Origin: Peptococcaceae bacterium UBA4068
Lineage (GTDB): Bacteria > Bacillota > Dehalobacteriia > UBA4068
NCBI GenBank assembly: GCA_002382665.1
Contig: DFZA01000009.1
Coordinates: forward strand, 403,602 to 467,601
Reading direction: 5' to 3'
DNA length: 64,000 nt
Positions 60,668 through 64,000 of this stretch are shown here, one piece after another. A program made the position numbers and the translations under genes. How positions within the stretch are numbered: the stretch's first letter is position 1; every line of letters starts with the position of its first letter. The notes beneath the pieces are model-generated. The model was given only the letters and a program-made list of their open reading frames with translations, was not told the DNA's origin and did not search any database.

Positions 60668-63073
60668 TTAGGCAATTTCGCCTAATTTGGCAACAAGAAT
60701 GGTAATATCATCATTAATTTTACCGTTACTGACACTGATTACTTTATCCAGTAAATATTCCGCCAGCAACTGTGGCGAATTGCAGCCGGTTTGCGATAAG
60801 ACCCTGCTCAGCCATTGGGCATCGTCCTGAGTATCGGCGTCGATTAAACCGTCGGACGCCAGTATTATCATATCGCCGGGGAATATTTGTTCTCTGATTA
60901 CCTGCTTATCAACATTATACAGCATACCTACCGGCAGGCTCGAGCCTTTTATCGCTTTGATACTAGATCCGCGCTTAATAAAGCTGACGGCGCCGCCGCT
61001 TTTAATAAAATCGGCGCGGCCATCGTAAAGATCAACGACACAAAGGTCAAGCGTAACAAAGCTTTCCTGATTACCGCGCAACGACAAGGCGGCATTGACG
61101 GTTTCAATCGCTGTATCCTGAATAAAACCAGCCTCAAGTAAACGCGAAATCAAGCCCAGCGCCGCCGCAGATTCTGTGGCGGCAATCTCACCGGTTCCCA
61201 TGCCGTCGCTGATCATCAATAACTGCCGTCCGCCTTCCAATAACAAACTGGCGCCGCTATCGCCGCAAATGCCTTTGCCGTTACGGGCCAACTGGGCCTT
61301 GCCGACAGACATGCGGTATGCACCTTGTGCCAACAGCCGGTATTCGCAGCGTTCTACACAATTATTATTGCCGCAACTGCACTCATGGACGGAGAACTCA
61401 CAGCCAAGCAAGCGGCTTACTTCATCGGCTACCGCTTTGCGGCAGACATTTTCGCCCGGACATTCGCTATATTGAACCCAGACGTCAACAGCCTTATTAT
61501 TGATAGTGATTATTCCGGCGCTGTCAGCGGGCATACCTCTCTTGGCTATCGCTCTGTGTAGCTCTCTCTCCAAAATCTCCCGCTCATCGCTGAAATCTGT
61601 AACTTCGCTGGCTATTTTATCAAAGATTTCCGCGACTCCCTGCAATTGACGACTAATCAGACGGCAACTGCTCATCCTTTGCGCCGACCAATAATTACTG
61701 CGGCAATAAGATTCATAAAGGCAATTGATAATAGCCACCAACTCTTTGATATGCGGGCAGCGTTTGGTAAAGTTCTCCGGCGCGTCTTTTACGGTAGCGA
61801 CGCCGTTTTGCTCCACAGCATCAAATAGCATGACTATTCCTTCGTTTGATTGCTGCAAATCCATATCCCAACAAATATTATTTAATGTACATTGACTGCA
61901 TAACTGATTTGATAACCGCTCCATAATCGATTTAAAATTAGCATTTGTATTGTTTTCCTCATCTTTAGATAAAGTGAATAAAGAATTGCCCAAATCGCGG
62001 AACATCCAACCGTTATTGCGCAGGCGTCTTACCGCCAGGCGCAGTAGGCGTTCGTTTTTTTCCTCTTTGGCGCTGATCAAGCCGCTGACAGCAAAAATCC
62101 TTGCAAGGCGGCTATAGAGTTTTCTGGGCAGTATCAAAAATATGATCGCGGCAATTATCGATGTTAATAACAGAATACTGATTTGCGTACTGTCCACAAT
62201 ATAAAGCGCCAGTATCAAGTTACCAAGGATAAAACCAAGCACTGTACCTAGACGGCCAAAGCCGGAAAATACGCCGGCCAGTAAACCGGAAAACGAGTAG
62301 GCGGCAATAATCGACGGAGATACTACCTGCGCCAGGCTGGGCACTATGCCCACCAGCGCTCCCACCGCCGCTCCGGCGCCGGCGCCGCCTAAATAGGCAA
62401 CCGCAATAATTAACAGACACCCCACAATGCCTCTGATATCCAATCCGCCAATTTCAACACCGGTTAAACCACACAATATACCGACGCTGGCAATAAAAAT
62501 ACAGATAGTCTCATCGGTACTGAAATGACGGCTGACCTCAAACCGCCGCAGCGCGTTAAATATCACCATAAAGACAAGTGACAATCCCCCCGCCAATAAT
62601 CCTTCGAAAACACCGATCAGCATCTGATAATTGTTGAAGCCTGTTACCGCCATGGCCAAACCTTTGCTGACCATAACTGCGGCAAAAACCATGCCGGGCA
62701 ATACAAACCATTGTTTGTGGCCGTCTACTGTGTAAAGCAAAAATGTTACTGCCAGTAACAACATTATTGATCCATAGACAAATAAATCGCTTCCGGATAA
62801 TACGGTTATTAAACCAAGCATCAACGGAAGCGCGGCCAAAGCACCCTTTTTAGGATATGTAGTAGCAATAGCAGCCAAAAATGCGGGGGCAAAAGGATAA
62901 AGCCCTCCCAAAATCTGGGCGCGGGCAAATACAAAAGCCAGCACTGACCACAGTACCCACCAACCGACATTAACACCACTTTTGAGTATTACTACATCAC
63001 GAGGATTTAATGAAGCGACTGCGCTGTTGTCGCCGCCACGGCGAAAAGGATAAACACGAGGATTATCTGACAT
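60668..63073 (-). CDS. spoIIE: Stage II sporulation protein E (membrane PP2C phosphatase)
   Basis: 801 aa with about 10 N-terminal TM helices, a central regulatory region and a C-terminal PP2C domain (...LLMISDGMGTG...ILASDGL). Confidence 0.9.
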   Translation of the reverse strand: MSDNPRVYPFRRGGDNSAVASLNPRDVVILKSGVNVGWWVLWSVLAFVFARAQILGGLYPFAPAFLAAIATTYPKKGALAALPLMLGLITVLSGSDLFVYGSIMLLLAVTFLLYTVDGHKQWFVLPGMVFAAVMVSKGLAMAVTGFNNYQMLIGVFEGLLAGGLSLVFMVIFNALRRFEVSRHFSTDETICIFIASVGILCGLTGVEIGGLDIRGIVGCLLIIAVAYLGGAGAGAAVGALVGIVPSLAQVVSPSIIAAYSFSGLLAGVFSGFGRLGTVLGFILGNLILALYIVDSTQISILLLTSIIAAIIFLILPRKLYSRLARIFAVSGLISAKEEKNERLLRLAVRRLRNNGWMFRDLGNSLFTLSKDEENNTNANFKSIMERLSNQLCSQCTLNNICWDMDLQQSNEGIVMLFDAVEQNGVATVKDAPENFTKRCPHIKELVAIINCLYESYCRSNYWSAQRMSSCRLISRQLQGVAEIFDKIASEVTDFSDEREILERELHRAIAKRGMPADSAGIITINNKAVDVWVQYSECPGENVCRKAVADEVSRLLGCEFSVHECSCGNNNCVERCEYRLLAQGAYRMSVGKAQLARNGKGICGDSGASLLLEGGRQLLMISDGMGTGEIAATESAAALGLISRLLEAGFIQDTAIETVNAALSLRGNQESFVTLDLCVVDLYDGRADFIKSGGAVSFIKRGSSIKAIKGSSLPVGMLYNVDKQVIREQIFPGDMIILASDGLIDADTQDDAQWLSRVLSQTGCNSPQLLAEYLLDKVISVSNGKINDDITILVAKLGEIA

Positions 63074-63244
63074 ATTTTCACCACCCTGATAATAAGCTCG
63101 CCCACAAAAGGCGTAACTAAATTATATGCGGTAAGTGATAAAAATATTGTCAAAGCAACGGCCAAATCGCTGATTAGTTTGCGACAAATTTGCTTAGAAT
63201 TAACCGCGATTCATCAGTAAATTATTAGCTGGTATATAATAGTT

Positions 63245-64000
63245 TTAATTACGACGAAGTGCCACAAGTTTTTCCTCAATCAGCAGTTTTAAACCATCAT
63301 TCATCGCAATATCACCTGATACAATAGATGATGCTGCTTCGCGCGCGTCGATCATCAGCTTTTTATCCAGGAATAAATCGGCAACCTTCAACTCCGGCAG
63401 GCCATGCTGCCGCACGCCGAAAAACTCACCGGCGCCGCGCTCTAGTAAATCGGCCTCTGCTATGGCAAATCCGTCGTTAGATTCGCTGATAATTCTCATC
63501 CTCTCGGCGGCAACTCCGCCCTGGGCATTATGGATCAAAATGCAATACGACTGCTCGCTGCCACGGCCAATCCGCCCTCGTAATTGATGGAGCTGAGCCA
63601 GACCGAAGCGTTCCGCATCACGAATCACCATTACCGTGGCATTAGGGATATCAATACCGACCTCAATAACAGTTGTCGACACCAAAATGTTAATTTTACC
63701 AAGAGCAAAATCATTCATGATAGCGGCTTTTTCCTGCGATTTCATTCTGCCATGAAGTAAACCGACATTTGTAGACGGCATGATTTGCCGCAATTGGTCG
63801 GTATAAGTAACGGCGCTTTGCAAATCGAGCTTTTCCGATTCTTCAACCAAAGGGCAAACGACAAACGCCTGATGGCCTTGGGTAATTTCTTTGGCTAAAA
63901 AATTATGGATCCGCTGTTCGTACTGATAACTGACCGCATAAGTCTCCACCGGACGCCGCCCGGCGGGCAACTGATCAATAACGCTCAATCGCAAATCAGC
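63245..64000 (-). CDS. recG: ATP-dependent DNA helicase RecG, C-terminal part (gene continues beyond window end)
   Basis: Helicase C-terminal motifs (ILVSTTVIEVGIDIPNATVMVI, QLHQLRGRIGRG). Confidence 0.85.
   Translation of the reverse strand, partial: ADLRLSVIDQLPAGRRPVETYAVSYQYEQRIHNFLAKEITQGHQAFVVCPLVEESEKLDLQSAVTYTDQLRQIMPSTNVGLLHGRMKSQEKAAIMNDFALGKINILVSTTVIEVGIDIPNATVMVIRDAERFGLAQLHQLRGRIGRGSEQSYCILIHNAQGGVAAERMRIISESNDGFAIAEADLLERGAGEFFGVRQHGLPELKVADLFLDKKLMIDAREAASSIVSGDIAMNDGLKLLIEEKLVALRRN

Overview
This 64 kb window looks like core chromosome from an endospore-forming, probably anaerobic Firmicute; almost every gene is housekeeping or sporulation-related.

Left third (1-18 kb):
- spoIIID followed by an mbl/mreB-like gene, then purA, rmuC and a Mop/TOBE protein.
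- A SEDS (RodA/FtsW-type) gene.
- A methionine/homocysteine island: a homocysteine S-methyltransferase-domain protein, yebC, then a COG2122/UPF0280 protein, a NIL-ferredoxin and a DUF39 protein (the sulfide-dependent homocysteine biosynthesis trio known from methanogens).
- yunB, a class A PBP, sleB-ypeB, and a tRNA-Cys/tRNA-Leu pair.

Middle (17-38 kb), all on the minus strand:
- The ribosomal super-operon in canonical order: tuf, then the S10, spc and alpha operons (rpsJ ... rplQ), then ecfA1-ecfA2-ecfT-truA, then rplM-rpsI.
- Several ribosomal proteins are the zinc-ribbon (C+) forms: L36, S14 type Z, and L24 with a Cys4 C-terminus.
- tuf carries a CxC-x4-CxxC insertion and is detached from fusA.

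Right (38-64 kb):
- A split chrA pair, speD, intact sigK, and csoR-copA.
- clpX-clpP-tig, dapB, ylmC/ymxH, dut, an M16 peptidase, a DacF-like carboxypeptidase and a PdaB-like deacetylase.
- A CymR/Rrf2-like regulator with a cysteine desulfurase, panC, folK-folB-folP, ftsH-tilS, spoIIE and the 3' part of recG.

Non-coding observations of most interest:
- A family of 230-380 bp highly structured intergenic elements, with two full copies and one partial/degenerate copy. Each is bracketed by GC-rich palindromic hairpins and carries modular hairpin insertions. I could not match them to tmRNA, RNase P, SRP, 6S, group II intron domain V, or a CRISPR array. They are either a novel ncRNA family or a MITE/PATE-like mobile element.
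- A perfect sigma-A promoter plus intrinsic terminator bracketing a roughly 110-nt C-rich candidate sRNA next to the cysteine desulfurase gene.
- A terminator/attenuator-type leader in front of the DUF39 homocysteine biosynthesis gene.

I saw no phage, CRISPR, toxin-antitoxin or obvious defence genes.
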